Shown here one piece after another: positions 1 through 12,196 of a DNA stretch of 64,000 nucleotides; position 1 is the first letter of the stretch; each line of letters opens with the position of its first letter. Made by a program: the position numbers and the translations under genes. Under the pieces are notes generated by a model. That model made no database searches, was not told where the DNA came from, and saw nothing but the letters and a program-made list of their open reading frames with translations. The stretch comes from Eukaryota sp. TZLM1-RC (taxonomy: Eukaryota > Protista > Metamonada: BaSk clade), in contig JAUPSS010000004.1 of the NCBI GenBank assembly GCA_040285825.1, forward strand, positions 5,361,784 to 5,425,783, given 5' to 3'.

Positions 1-537
1 AAAACAACTATCTGAAATGTTTTCTGGCATTCATGTCATGAATTGAAAGGAATATTTATTCACGTCATAACCAAGTGTTTACCTGAAGAAAAACCAAGAA
101 TCGTCCATCAGAATGTAAATGCCGATTACCCACTTCACTAATGAAGTTATTAATCAATGTAAGGTCACTCAGCTCTCCAAATTGTTGACCTACCAAGAAA
201 ATAAGTTGTCAAGGAATTGGTTGCTGCCTTGTTAGTGTAACCAGATAATAAGGTGTGTTTAAGCTGTCATCCATTATAAGTACTTTCAACGAATTTTGTT
301 CCATGTTTACCATTAAACGATGGGAACAAATGAAGTATTGATGAAAAGAGCAATGAAATGGGTGTTCAAGGACATGCTGTGGTACTCAATTTCAGTGCGA
401 TTGGGAAGAACAGTAGAATCAAATGCAATAAACCTTACGTTTTCATGACAGCATGATCAGTAAGGTAAGAGATTCTCAACATCAAGATATCAAGATAAGT
501 AGCCATATGAAGTTCATTTCACTAGCATTATCATACA

Positions 538-1941
538 ATGTTAGATTTCATCCAGCTATTTGCAAGGGAACAACAAAGGTTGTGTCCACCCACAGCATAT
601 GACACTTCTACCGGTACATCCCGAGAGCTAGTCATTTATGAACCTCCTTCACAAATCACTGCTACGGAGGGCTTCTCAGCAATTCACATTAGCTCGACAA
701 ATGAGCTGACGTGTAATGCTCCCAATGTTTCCGTCCTCTCTACTAACCTTATTCAATACCTCTCTTCAACACCATGTCCGAAACCAGTCGTATCTGCTTT
801 TCTGAACTCTCCTGATGATTCCCTCGCCACTGAACTCATCTCCATTTCTCTTCCCTTACTATTTCTCTGTTATCCATCTCAATCCATACCTCCTCCCAAC
901 CTGCTCACTACTACTGCTTCTTATGACATTTGCGTGCATACTTCTCTGAATGAGGCCACCACTCCTGACTCTTTTGATTTCCGAGATTGCTACCAAGATG
1001 AAGACCTAAAAGCTAGATTGTTTTCTCTTTTAAAGAAAGCTGGTCCAAAGTTTTCTGAAATCAAGTCTTTTCTTGATGAGAACCACAACCAACCTGATTC
1101 TTTCATCTACAACTCTCTCCACGACCTTGTACATGCTCCTTCTTATACTCATCACGCCAATGTCACTCCCTCTCCTACCGATGGAAGGTCAGTATTCAGA
1201 GCCAAGGAGGCTTTATCTCTGCTATGGAGAACACACAAACATTTAAAACGAAGAAACCTGTTGGATGTTGGATGTTCTGAAGGTTCCATCACTGGTGCTT
1301 TGGGTCATATTTTGGAGCTTAGAGAGAATGAAGTGCATGGCTGTGATGTGCGAGATGTTGGGCTGAGCACAGGATTTGTTTTTACTTTGATGACAGACCC
1401 AGACAAGCTTCCTTATAACGATAACGAGTTTAGCGTTGTCACGCTATCCATGATTTTACACCATGTTGAACATCCCAATACGCTTCTTGGAGAAGTATTT
1501 CGAGTTTTGAAGCCTGGTGGTGTTGTGATTGTACGAGAACACGATATGTATAGGTCAGAATTAAAGACTTTGTTTGACTTGCAGCATGGATTATATGACT
1601 TGGTGTGGTCATGTCCACAAGAAGACCCATTTTTTCTTAGTCATTTCAAGTCGTTCTATAGGTCAAAAATGGAATGGAAAAGTATAATTGAAGGTATTGG
1701 ATTGCGATTCATTACGTGTGACGGGCAAAAACTATCAAAAAAACAATCAGATCACGTGCGTCGTGGCTACACCACTCCTTTCAATACTTTCTGTGCTTGT
1801 TCAATGATGTTTGAAAAGCCTGGAAGAGTGCCTTTGAGAGAAGATTTGAGAGAAAGTGATAGGTATCACCACCGAAATGATCATGAAGAACGGTACAGAA
1901 GAAGAGGAAATGATGGGTATCACTGCAAACGACGACGTTAA
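538..1941 (+). CDS. Class I SAM-dependent methyltransferase with N-terminal extension
   Basis: Motif I LLDVGCSEG, later LPYNDNEFSVVTLSMILHHV and VFRVLKPGGVVIVREH (Methyltransf_11-like). Confidence 0.85.
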   Translation: MLDFIQLFAREQQRLCPPTAYDTSTGTSRELVIYEPPSQITATEGFSAIHISSTNELTCNAPNVSVLSTNLIQYLSSTPCPKPVVSAFLNSPDDSLATELISISLPLLFLCYPSQSIPPPNLLTTTASYDICVHTSLNEATTPDSFDFRDCYQDEDLKARLFSLLKKAGPKFSEIKSFLDENHNQPDSFIYNSLHDLVHAPSYTHHANVTPSPTDGRSVFRAKEALSLLWRTHKHLKRRNLLDVGCSEGSITGALGHILELRENEVHGCDVRDVGLSTGFVFTLMTDPDKLPYNDNEFSVVTLSMILHHVEHPNTLLGEVFRVLKPGGVVIVREHDMYRSELKTLFDLQHGLYDLVWSCPQEDPFFLSHFKSFYRSKMEWKSIIEGIGLRFITCDGQKLSKKQSDHVRRGYTTPFNTFCACSMMFEKPGRVPLREDLRESDRYHHRNDHEERYRRRGNDGYHCKRRR

Positions 1942-2922
1942 TTCTTTCATTTTTCGTAGTAAATCAGTTTTTTATTTAAATTTGGACTCAATTGTTTTTT
2001 TTGTTTAATTATGATTAATTTCTGTTTCAACAAATACTGTTACAATTTATGATTTTCTTATCACTTTGGTCAGAACCTCTTGCTTGTACCAGCCTTTTGT
2101 TTTGTATCTGCTGGTTCCATCATCTTGTGTTTGCGAAAATGCTCATTTCAATTTTCAGCAATAATGTTGATACATGTAATTATTGGTAGTAATCATAATT
2201 TGAAACTATGGCTTCAAATTAATTTTGAGCCTGAATTGTTTTACGACATGAGAAGTTAATTGTTCTTACAAATGTTGCTTCGAAATTATGACAATATCAA
2301 GTGATTCATTGCGAGTTTGTGAGTAATTGCTGGTAGTTATTCACTGTCTGTTTCCACTTTCATTTGGTAATTAGGATTATAAATCGAACTCTATTATCCT
2401 GTAATTTTTTTGTTAATCTGCAAAATATAACATTTTAAGCAACTTTAGTGAAGCCTGGAACAGAGAGACTAACTGAAAACGAATATTTCTAACAACAGAA
2501 CAACTTATTTTTAAAGGACTTAAGTTGAATATTTTTTGAAGAGTCTCTATATAATATATTACATAGAGTCTCTCATTTGGCTAGTAATCATCACTTAAAA
2601 TTCTTGATACATTTTCTCGTTATATTAACTCCATTTTGAAATATTACAGAGTTTTATAATAAGCGAGTTGCTATTCAAATGAATAGGGAAAACCTTCCAT
2701 CATTCAATTGATAGGGTTTGAGTAGGTAAAAGCATTAGTTAAGGTTTTGGTTGAGTTTTAAAATGTGCCTGTTCCAGGAATAAATTTTTTTGAACTTTTG
2801 AAATATGAAGGCTACTTTGAGGTAAAGTTAAGTTGATGAGAATAAAAATACCTTGAAAATTTATTGTGTGAAACACATTGATCGAGGTTAGTGTAAAAAC
2901 CGAACGAACATAACATTGTTTC

Positions 2923-2975
2923 AAGAAAAGCCAAAACAATAAGAAAAGCCAAAACAATAAGAAATGCCAAAAAAA
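2923..2975. repeat. Short tandem repeat, ~3 x 18 bp (AAGAAAAGCCAAAACAAT)
   Basis: Directly visible repeat; third copy is degenerate. Confidence 0.7.
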
Positions 2976-3197
2976 CAAAAAATCAACCATATCAAAATGA
3001 CTGAATGAGATGAGAAATGATCTATAAAGACGGAAAACCACAACACAATGCAAAAAACGACAAATACAAAAATTAATTAAATCAAAATTAATTATTCAAT
3101 GCAAATTTCGAATTTAAGATTTTCAAATAGTAAAATTTCATAGAAATTGAACAGAAAAAGGACTTAAAAGCCCATCAACTGACCATTAATTCCAAAG

Positions 3198-4496
3198 TTA
3201 ATCTAAATCTTCTTTAAATAATGAATCAAGCTTAACTTTTTTATCAATTTTTTCAATCCTCTTTTGAGTAGCTTTAAGTCTATAACCCTTCTCCCCATCA
3301 GCAACCTTAACTTTGCCACTTACCATACCTTCATCATCACCTACCTGAATCTCTCCACTCTCAGCAAATCCCAATCTATTTCTTGCCATTCTAAGTTCTG
3401 TGGGTGCCATTCTTTTCTTGAATGCTCTCGTAGCTCGACCAGCTCTTCTGGTTCTTGGTTTTTTATTAGGAATTGGTAGTGGAGCTGGTGGAGGTAGTTG
3501 GGGAGGTGTAATCCAATCATTGACTTTGGATTCAATTTCTTTATAGAAATTCAATCCATAAGCACCACTGGAATGTTCATCTCTTCCAAACAAATCCATT
3601 CTTATACACAGAGCAGCTCTTCCACTAACAACTCTCAGTGCTTTCATTCTAAACTCCATAGGCGCACTCTTGACCAGCGGAGATTCTGCAATGACGCCTG
3701 CGTGCGGTAGTGATTGCCTTGTACTGGTTCCAATAGATGTTGTAAGTTTTTTACCAACTAACCGCAAGTCATTTGCAGAAATCTTGGCCAGGGAAGTTAA
3801 GCCACCCGCATGAGAGAGAAGATTGGCAGCTACTGTTGGAGATAGCAGCGACGATAGATTTGGTAAAAGTCTTGAACAATGTGATTGAATAAAGAGAATT
3901 AAAGTTTGTCTGGTAGAATTAATTGAAATAATCAAATTAGCAGCAGTGGTGACGTCATGCCACGTGGAATCCTCCAGACTATTTCTTATAGTTGAAGAAG
4001 ATGTACGGAAAGCCAATATGGCAGAGCGGGGAACACCATTTATTAATAAGGGTGAATCTTTGTTATCAGTGTCAAAGTGATCAGGATGAAGAGGAGAGGA
4101 AGGTGATGGACCAAGGGATAGGGTGACCAGAGCAGCATGGAAGGGAAGAGGAAAGATTGAGGTAAGTTCAGGAAGAAGGGAATTGAAATTATCAGAAATA
4201 GAGCGTAATAACTTGAATGTATGATCTTCTAGGATTGACGAGTAATTAGCAGCTTGAGTGACCAATGTAGTAACAGGGTCCAAGTCCACTGGACCAGAGT
4301 AAGAAGATGTAGTGGATGTAGGAGCAGAAACTTTTTCTAAAAGGGATTGAAATTGAGCTGAGTTGAGGAGAGTCGTAGCGTCAGTGTAGGAAAGAAGACC
4401 AAGAGAGTGTTGGGACGTGAGCTCATCTCCAGACATATCATTTCCAGACTGCTCATCTTCAAATGCTGAATCAAGTTCATCCAAGAGGTCTGACAT
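3198..4496 (-). CDS. PRP31: U4/U6 snRNP protein Prp31 (Nop domain)
   Basis: LPNLSSLL..AANLLSHAGGLTSLAK, KALRVVSGRAALCIRMD, PLPIP..RRAGR..K..PTELR..NRLGF match the Prp31 Nop and C-terminal motifs. Confidence 0.93.
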   Translation of the reverse strand: MSDLLDELDSAFEDEQSGNDMSGDELTSQHSLGLLSYTDATTLLNSAQFQSLLEKVSAPTSTTSSYSGPVDLDPVTTLVTQAANYSSILEDHTFKLLRSISDNFNSLLPELTSIFPLPFHAALVTLSLGPSPSSPLHPDHFDTDNKDSPLLINGVPRSAILAFRTSSSTIRNSLEDSTWHDVTTAANLIISINSTRQTLILFIQSHCSRLLPNLSSLLSPTVAANLLSHAGGLTSLAKISANDLRLVGKKLTTSIGTSTRQSLPHAGVIAESPLVKSAPMEFRMKALRVVSGRAALCIRMDLFGRDEHSSGAYGLNFYKEIESKVNDWITPPQLPPPAPLPIPNKKPRTRRAGRATRAFKKRMAPTELRMARNRLGFAESGEIQVGDDEGMVSGKVKVADGEKGYRLKATQKRIEKIDKKVKLDSLFKEDLD

Positions 4497-4579
4497 GGGC
4501 TAATAGCACAAGAATGTTAGAGAAATTGAACTTGTACAGTTGATAAAATAAACTCCCATTTAATGAAATGAAATCCATT

Positions 4580-4944
4580 AGCCCTAGTAATTCTTCCATT
4601 CTTGCTGCAAAAAATATAAAATTATTAACCATGCGAAACCCATTTCCTCAGTTAATGAAAATTCTCATGCCCAATATAATTTATGTCCCATTGGTTTTTC
4701 TTTGCTTGGATCTCTCGTTAAGGCTGCTATGGCTTTCCTTGAGGATTTTGTTGTAGTTGTAAAGGAAAGAACGGGAAGAATTTTCGATCGTGTTTACTAG
4801 CAAAACATTATTGTATCTTCTATTTTTAAGGGAGTGGTGAAATTAATTTCTGATTCACTCTCTTCCTTTAGGAAATTTCCTGAAGCTATAGCAATTAATT
4901 GTTTTGATGTAGGGGATGCAGATTTTGAGGATGTGGAGTTTTAG
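4580..4944 (+). mobile_element. CRE-like non-LTR retrotransposon, degenerate 3' (RLE) fragment
   Basis: Homologous to the ...FL.DF..VVKERTGRIFDR..QN.I.SIFKG...DFEDVEF* C-terminus of other copies in the window. Confidence 0.75.
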
Positions 4945-4984
4945 TTGTGTATTTCATGTTTTAATATTCCTGATTAAATGAATA

Positions 4985-5280
4985 AACTAAAATTTTGTTT
5001 CAAAAAATGAAACGAAATTCATTGATCCTCTTCAAAATCTTCTGTTTTCTATTTCGCTAAGGCCTCTCTAATTCGATCGAAAAACCGAGGCAAGATCCTG
5101 AGGAGAAGAACAAATCAGGAGGAGGTCAATTTTGATGAATAATTCTATGAAACATAAAGTTGCTTCTCTGACAATCGTTAAGTCACCCATAAGAACAACA
5201 TCATCCATCTAAGCAATCATTTTTAAGGAAGGAAACATCTCTTGAATTTATAATAAAATTGGATGAATAACCAGACAACA
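4985..5280 (-). mobile_element. CRE-like fragments (3' end plus RT YxDD region)
   Basis: 4990-5090 resembles 5800-5885; 5180-5280 resembles 7220-7310 (MFPSLKMIA.xDDVVL.GD). Confidence 0.65.
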
Positions 5281-5489
5281 CAAACAAAATTCAAATTATT
5301 TAAAATTTAATATGATTTGATTGAACAACAACACTCAGTAGAATCACATTAGAACTAATGGGACTAAATTCAATGAACCAAGTTTTCTAATACAAAATCT
5401 TGATCTGCTTGTCTTCTTGCAGTTGCTTCTCATATTTGATGAAAGATCCATGCTGATCTGTATGGAGAAATGAATTCATGAGTGTCACA

Positions 5490-5720
5490 ATAAAACATCC
5501 ATACATGTCTCCCTTAGATTTTTTTGTTGAAATTGTGGAGCAGCACACAAAACAAGATTTTGACAAGACGTTTTCGGAGAACAGAATAATACCACTAATT
5601 TTTGAAGGCTTTGTCCACTTGTTATCTTCTGCATTGTTATTTTTTGATCAGTTTTTTGAAAGAAAAACGTCCTGTCAATTCTTTTTGGCTGATTTGGGGT
5701 ATGAAGATATAGAATCCTAA
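5490..5720 (+). mobile_element. CRE-like 3' fragment
   Basis: FVEIVEQHT..FDKTF.ENRI..LSSALL...QFFLADLGYEDIES matches the C-terminus of the 7641 copy. Confidence 0.75.
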
Positions 5721-5789
5721 CTTTGTTGATTAGTTGTTCATTGGAACATATAATTTTTGTTAAATTTACACACTTGACAAAATAAAAAC

Positions 5790-7560
5790 ATAGCTAATGG
5801 GACGAAATTCATTGAACCCTCTACAAAATCTTGAATGCTTGCTGTCTACCTAAAGCTTCTCTAATTCAATTGAAAAACCGAGGTAATCTATCAATAATGG
5901 TAAAATGAATTCGAGAGTGTTATAACAGATATCAAATCTCTTCATTGTTTTTGTTCCTGAACCATTTTTTGGAAATTATACAAAAACAGTTTCCTTTTGC
6001 TACTGATAGTCTTCCATTTATAGAAAACGGGAAAGCAACAAAAAAGTGGTATACATTACCTCTATCATCAGAACCAAAATTATTCAGAGAAAGTGTTTCC
6101 TTCAACAGATGCTCCTTGATACATGATATTCTTGCAGTTTGTTCCATATTGATAACAGTTTCTCTAACTGCATCATGTAATGAAGAAGTTATCAATTTAG
6201 AACAATTAAGAGCATGATGCAAAGTGAGCTGTGGTGAATTCGAACAAATACATTTTTCTTTTGATAATGATTGATCAATGGGGATATTCAAATATGATTT
6301 CATTTCAAAGTGCTTCATTCGTGGCACACAATCCAAATCTTCGTGGTACAATGGTTACAAAAAGTGAAGAATCTCACGACTTGTTTTCACAAACACCCTT
6401 TTCCAATAACAATGAGTGAAGATCTTGATTTAAAACAGCCGAGCTGCATATATTACTTTAAAGATCATTTTCATACATTCCAGTCAATCGTTTCTGTAAT
6501 GTTCGAAGAGTGTATTTTAAATTTAAAAGATTCTTTTCTGGAATATTGCCATTGAATGATTTCGGAATGCATCGACTCCATTTTTCTACATCAATTTTTG
6601 ATATTTCTTCATTTAATGCAAAAACAGTGGAACTTTGCGTTGTCATCAATAAATCTTCTCAATCTACAAATCTGTCGGAAAACTCAAAGATTGCAATTCT
6701 GCATCCACCAACAAAAGCACCCGAAGTAAGAATAAAAGCCTTCGTCCAACCTAAACCGCCATAATGTAGACTAAGATAAGCATGGTCTGGAATTCTGTTC
6801 ATTTTACATCCCAGTAATTGTGACAAAACTTTTGCACGTGACTCATCAAACTTCTGGGCCAGAGCCCTAGTGACAAAAGGATTTGTAGATCAAAACATAT
6901 GGTTGAAGTTGGAAGTAAGACATAGTCTTATAATGGTAAATTTGATATGTTTTTGTATATCTGATTTCATCATTTGGTCAATTTTTTCAGTAACTGAGTT
7001 CAACTTTTCAAACAATTCTTTGGTAATTTCACCATTATTTCCAAAACCAACCCAAATATCGAATAACTTTTAATTGAATATAATTTAACTTGAATTTCAA
7101 TACCATCAACTATTGTAGAAACTGAAAAATTCGAAAGTATAACACATTTCAGTAAATTAAGTTGAAGGCCAATTTTGTTAAATAATTCTTTGAAGCATAC
7201 AGTTGCTTCTTTCACAATCTTTAAGTCACCTATAAGAACAACGTCATCATTATAGGCAATCATTTTTAGCGAAGGAAACATCTCTTGAATTTGCAATATA
7301 ATAGGATATTTGCAATAGGATGTATGGCCAAACAAAACAAAAGAAGTCCTAAAAGATCTTCTTGCTTTACACCACTTGATTATTTCAAAATGGAATCAGG
7401 AAAATGTAAATTAGAATTTGCGCTATAAGTTGTTAGAAAATAGGGCATTAATTCTGGCAAATATTGAAACAATGAACTCTGCAACAACTAATTGAATTGA
7501 ATACATTGATCAAATCCAACGACATACAAACATTGGGTTCATTTTGATGAAATAATACAT
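5790..7560 (-). mobile_element. Degenerate CRE-like non-LTR retrotransposon (subfamily 2), RT to RLE
   Basis: IAYNDDVVLIG (RT), CIC..HALNC..HDAVR (zinc motif), DDRGN (RLE start); many stops and frameshifts; 6345-6890 is homologous to 54839-55385. Confidence 0.8.
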
Positions 7561-7640
7561 CTGTAGCAAATATTTTTTTTCAATTTTTTTTATTTTTAAT
7601 TAATTTTTATTACAATAAAAAAACAAACTATACGACAAGG

Positions 7641-10100
7641 TTAAAATTCTATGTCTTCATAACCCAAATCAGCAAAGAAGAATTGACTGGAGGTTTTTTT
7701 TTCATAAACGCGTCCAAGAGATAACAAAGCTGAAGATGATAAGAGAACAACACTTTTGAAAATTGAAAATACAATTCTGTTTTGCCAAAAACTCTTGTCA
7801 AAAACTCTTCCAGTACGTTGTTTCACAATTTCAACAAAATCATCCAGAAAAGACAAAGCAAGAGGTCCAAGCATGCCATGAAGGGAAACTGCAAATGGAC
7901 AGAGGACATAATGAGTATGCGATTCTGCATTCAAGGATAACAATTTTGCTTTGTATTTGTCAATTTTGGCTTTTTCGGAAACAGTTAAGGGGTCCTTATA
8001 TTTTGATTGAGCCATTGGAATAAAAGAATCATTACATACATCAGTGGATCTCACATCTGTAATAATGGTAGTACCTTCAAGACCTTCAAGCATTAAATCA
8101 CCTCTATTTCGACCAAACGAATTCAAAGTATCTTCATCAACCAATAATGGTTCTAAATAGGAAAGTTAAATCGGAAAGTAATAAAATGTTTACAATTGAA
8201 TAAATGATTTGGACAAATTTTTGATCCACATTTACAAATCAAATTATGGGGCACGTTATCACGCCAAAAAAACAACGAAGGCGCATTGTACAAGAAAATT
8301 CGGTATCATTTAAAAGAAGACCATAAATTTGAGGAATCTGAATAATTAAACACGAAGAGGAACTGTTTTGGGCACCTAACAAAAAATTTGCAAAAGCGGG
8401 ATTATATTTTTTGGCCGAGTCAAGACGAACATTAAAATCCAAGCCTTCAAAAATTATTGTTAACTTATTGCAATTTCTAAACACAATACCTCAAATTAAC
8501 TAGTGTTCTAGATGGTATTTCCTGTACGTTGTCGCGAAAACATTCACTCCAAATTTCGGAGGGCAAACAATGAAGAGCATTTTGCAGGTCACTAAAAAAA
8601 TTATTGCTTGTAAAATTCAATAAATTAATATCATTGGGAAAACAGTTGCAAAATTCAAAAACAAAATTTTTCCCTCCACCACAAAAAGCAGCCTGACAGA
8701 TAATAGACGATTTAGTGAAATTAATTCCACCAAAATTAGATGATGAAAATACATGACTTCGAATTAGATCAGGATTGACATAAATCAAAGATTCAAAAAA
8801 TTTTGTTCTCAAATGATTAAATGAGCGGCAAAGCTCACGTGAAATATCAAGAGATGTTGTTCTTAAAATGGGAGTAATTTCACCAGAGTAGCAAACTTTT
8901 AAGATAAAAAACTTAATATGTTTCTCAATTTCAAATGACGAAATTGTGTCAAGTTCAGAACCCAATTTCATCAAAAGATTATTCAATTCTTCAGTAATTT
9001 TTGGAACATTTCCAAGTCAGCATCCTAGGAAACGAAAAGCATCTGAGGAATAGTTGAGAAGAGAAACTTCAACACCATCAATGGTTAATCTATCTTTAAC
9101 TTTTCCTATGAGGAAACATTTGTCGGCATTAAGCAAAAAACCAATATCTCTGTAAAACAGTGAGGCTTCAGAAGCAATTTCATTTAAAACGTTTAATGGA
9201 CCAATAATTGAGATATCATCCATATATCCTACTATCTTCAACATCGGATAGCGATTACTGAAATGAATCACAGACTTGTGAATTGCTAAACAAAAGAGTA
9301 ATGGCCCAAGAGGATCACCTTGCTTAACTTCTGAAAGACGAAAATAAAGTATAAGATTCATAAATTTGTTCACTGGCTTCACCATAAAATAAATTAAAAT
9401 AGCTGGATAATTCTGGAAATTCTTTTTGGATGACTTCGTAAACTGCACTTCGATGTACAGAATTGAAAGCATTCTTAAAATCTAAATTGAAAATATAATT
9501 CTGATCATTAGAATTAAAAAATAAATCAGAAGTCAATCCAGCAACTGATGCACCATCAATTGTTTTAATTCCAGATTGAAAAGGTGCTAAAAATTTTGCA
9601 TCCTTGGAAGCAACACGATTAAACACAATTGAAGCAAGAAGACGAGTAATTGATTCGCCAATGGCAAATGGACGAATTCCATCTGGTTTCTTACCATTTC
9701 CAGGTTTTACCAAGGCAATCAATCGAGCAGCTAGTAATTCAGTCGGGGAAATGGAATTAAGACAAACTACATTTTGAAAATATTCAGCAAGATCGTCACA
9801 TATTTCTGGAGCTTTCCTGCAAGCGGATTTCAAAATATCAAATGAAATACCAGATGGACCTGCTGCTTTACCTTTGGGAAGATGGTTGATCGCAGTTTGT
9901 AGCAAATATCGCTGAAGAAACTCAATCAGTGGTATTAATTCCATACTCAAAGGGCAACAAAATATTTTTTGCTTTTTCATTGAATCTATTTAAGCAACAA
10001 GCAGAAAAAATATTGTGTAAACATTCAGAGACCGCAATTGGATGAACATCCATTGTTGAATTCTTTATCCATGCGCATCATTTACTACAAGCAAACTGTA
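7641..10100 (-). mobile_element. Frameshifted CRE-clade non-LTR retrotransposon (RT + RLE), 5'-truncated
   Basis: KAAGPSG, GIRPFAIGE, LDFKNAFNS, VKQGDPLGPLLF, GYMDD, FLG, then RLE RGD..D..E..KIDKY; A-rich tail beyond the stop; 9915-10100 is a separate RT shard (HPIAVSE). Confidence 0.9.
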
Positions 10101-10865
10101 GAAACCAGAATTGAACAACCTGGGGGCCCGCTACCACAAGGCCCTTATAGTTCATCAAGCAATCGTTTTCCTGCTGCCCGTCGTCATTCAAGTTGTAAAC
10201 ATCACAATAAAGTAATGAGATAGTAAATTAATGTTTCAATTTGATTTGCTTTATTTTAACTTACAGCCATCCGACTGAGTTGACTCATAGTAATTTTACA
10301 TAAAAACAACGTCTTTTATTGAAAACGGGAGTTTTTCACCAATACAAATAATAATACAAGTTAATATGTGGCATTTGCACGTTCATCATTTTCATCTTCT
10401 TTCTGGATGATTCTAACACCACAAATTTTGTCATTACTGAAATCAAATCAGTGGCCTTCAGCCTGTGGTTTTCTAGCTCAGCACTTATTTCAACGGTGAA
10501 TTATTCATGTAGATACAATGTATTATATATCAAACAACCAATATTTAAAAGTTTTCAGTATTTTTCCGCTACAATAACATCGCTTCCTGTAGAATAATGT
10601 ACATAAACAAAAAGATAATCAATTCAATCCTATTATTGTTCCATTGTTACTACGGTTCTGAAAAACAGTTATTTTCCACAATATTTATTCTTTTTTCACA
10701 ATAACAGCAAAATTTTGACGAGGCCATAAAACTGATATTGAAGAAAATCTTTATTAAGTTATTGCGATACAGATAATTTTACCAGACAATTTATGTTGAA
10801 AATTCATAGAAAATACTATAATTTGATTAACAACAAGGAAAAACAATCGTTCAATAGAGAGGGCC

Positions 10866-11267
10866 TCATAAATGACTCTTCAACTCATTGGCCCACTCAG
10901 CCATCTCTTCAACAGTCATTTGCTTCCTTTCCACATCAGGAACAATAGTTGAATCGATACTTGCTATAACATGAATATGTACGGCAGGAACTGTCTGGCC
11001 AGCATGCTTACCATCCTGAAGGCAAAACTGTATAGACTTTGTTTCGATCTGCTTGGAGATGGCGGATCCAGCGGCACGAGCACATTGCCACAGATCTGTA
11101 ACCTCATCTGAACTGAGATCTACAAATCTGGTTTTGTTTGATTTGGGTATTACAAGGGTATGGTAAGGAGCAAAAGGTTTGTAACTGAATGTAACATAAG
11201 AAAGTTCTGTTTCGATATACACCGCTGATTTGGATATCGAGTATGTGCCAAAAGGTAGTTTTTCCAT
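10866..11267 (-). CDS. FHIT-like HIT-family dinucleoside polyphosphate hydrolase (start moved to M53 of the tracked ORF)
   Basis: PFG..I..S.VYIET.LSY, HTLVIP, RFVDL..DEV.DL, QDG.HAGQTVP.VHIHV, EEMA..A..L. Confidence 0.85.
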   Translation of the reverse strand: MEKLPFGTYSISKSAVYIETELSYVTFSYKPFAPYHTLVIPKSNKTRFVDLSSDEVTDLWQCARAAGSAISKQIETKSIQFCLQDGKHAGQTVPAVHIHVIASIDSTIVPDVERKQMTVEEMAEWANELKSHL

Positions 11268-11869
11268 TATAACAGATGATGTCTTTAACAATGAAATAAA
11301 TGTCCTCTTTATATTAATGAAGAGGGTCTGAGTTTTTGAGAAGTGGATGATTTTCTCCCCGCGAGAATCTTTGAATACTGGGCTATCACCACCATTTGCT
11401 TGTGCTTCCATAACTGCCAACATGTGCGCCGAAGCTTTTCGGTCTCTGTTCCACTAACGTTCGTATGATTTGCACATGGAAAGCCCAAATTTGGTGGTTA
11501 TCAGTGTCTGCCACAGTGTAGCATGTTATTGTCAAAATTTCATTGTAAAAGAGCTCAATATTTGTACCATAAATATGGCTAGGTATCATAAATTATTCAA
11601 CTCACTCCCCAATATAAGTTCATTAAATGTTTCGAGATCTTGTTATTGTACTTTTATTGGTATTTCTTGAGATTGGTTCAATTTTGACAGCTACTTTCAA
11701 TACTAGTGAATCACAATCACATTGCGCACGACAATTAAATAAAAATCAAAATTAACTAGCGTATTTGAGTATTTGTTAAAAAAGTTTCTACAATGCCAGT
11801 AAATTGATTTTTCCAAAATATGATTTTTTTGAAAACTTTTCTTTTTTCTATTGAAAACTTACCTACAGC

Positions 11870-12143
11870 ATTTTCTTCATAAAAATTTTCCTAGTGGTAA
11901 CAACGAGCTAGAAACAAGACTATACATTCCCTTAAAAATAGAAAATACAATTCTGTTTTGCCAAAACGTTCGGTCAAATATTCTTCCAGTTTCATTTTTG
12001 ACAATAGAAGAGAAATCGTCCAAAAAAGATAATGCAGTTTTACCCAATGTCCCAATGAAGTGTGACTCTTCAATATATTCAATCAAGTAATCTGTCCAGT
12101 TTTGAAACTCTCTCAGATTCCCCAACTGCCAGTAATCATACAT
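11870..12143 (-). mobile_element. CRE-like 3' fragment
   Basis: LGKTALSFLDDF..IVKNETGRIFDRTFWQNRIVFSIFKG; the homologous part lies roughly at 11870-12060. Confidence 0.8.
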
Positions 12144-12196
12144 TAACTAGCACATATTCTGCCACTCTCCCAAATAGAGATCACTATTCATCAGAT

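Noticed and set aside
1-530. Coding-like sequence at the window start
   Set aside because: No ORF or recognisable motif.
11268-11423. N-terminal 52 aa of the tracked HIT ORF
   Set aside because: FHIT homology begins at MEKLPFG; the extension is probably non-coding.
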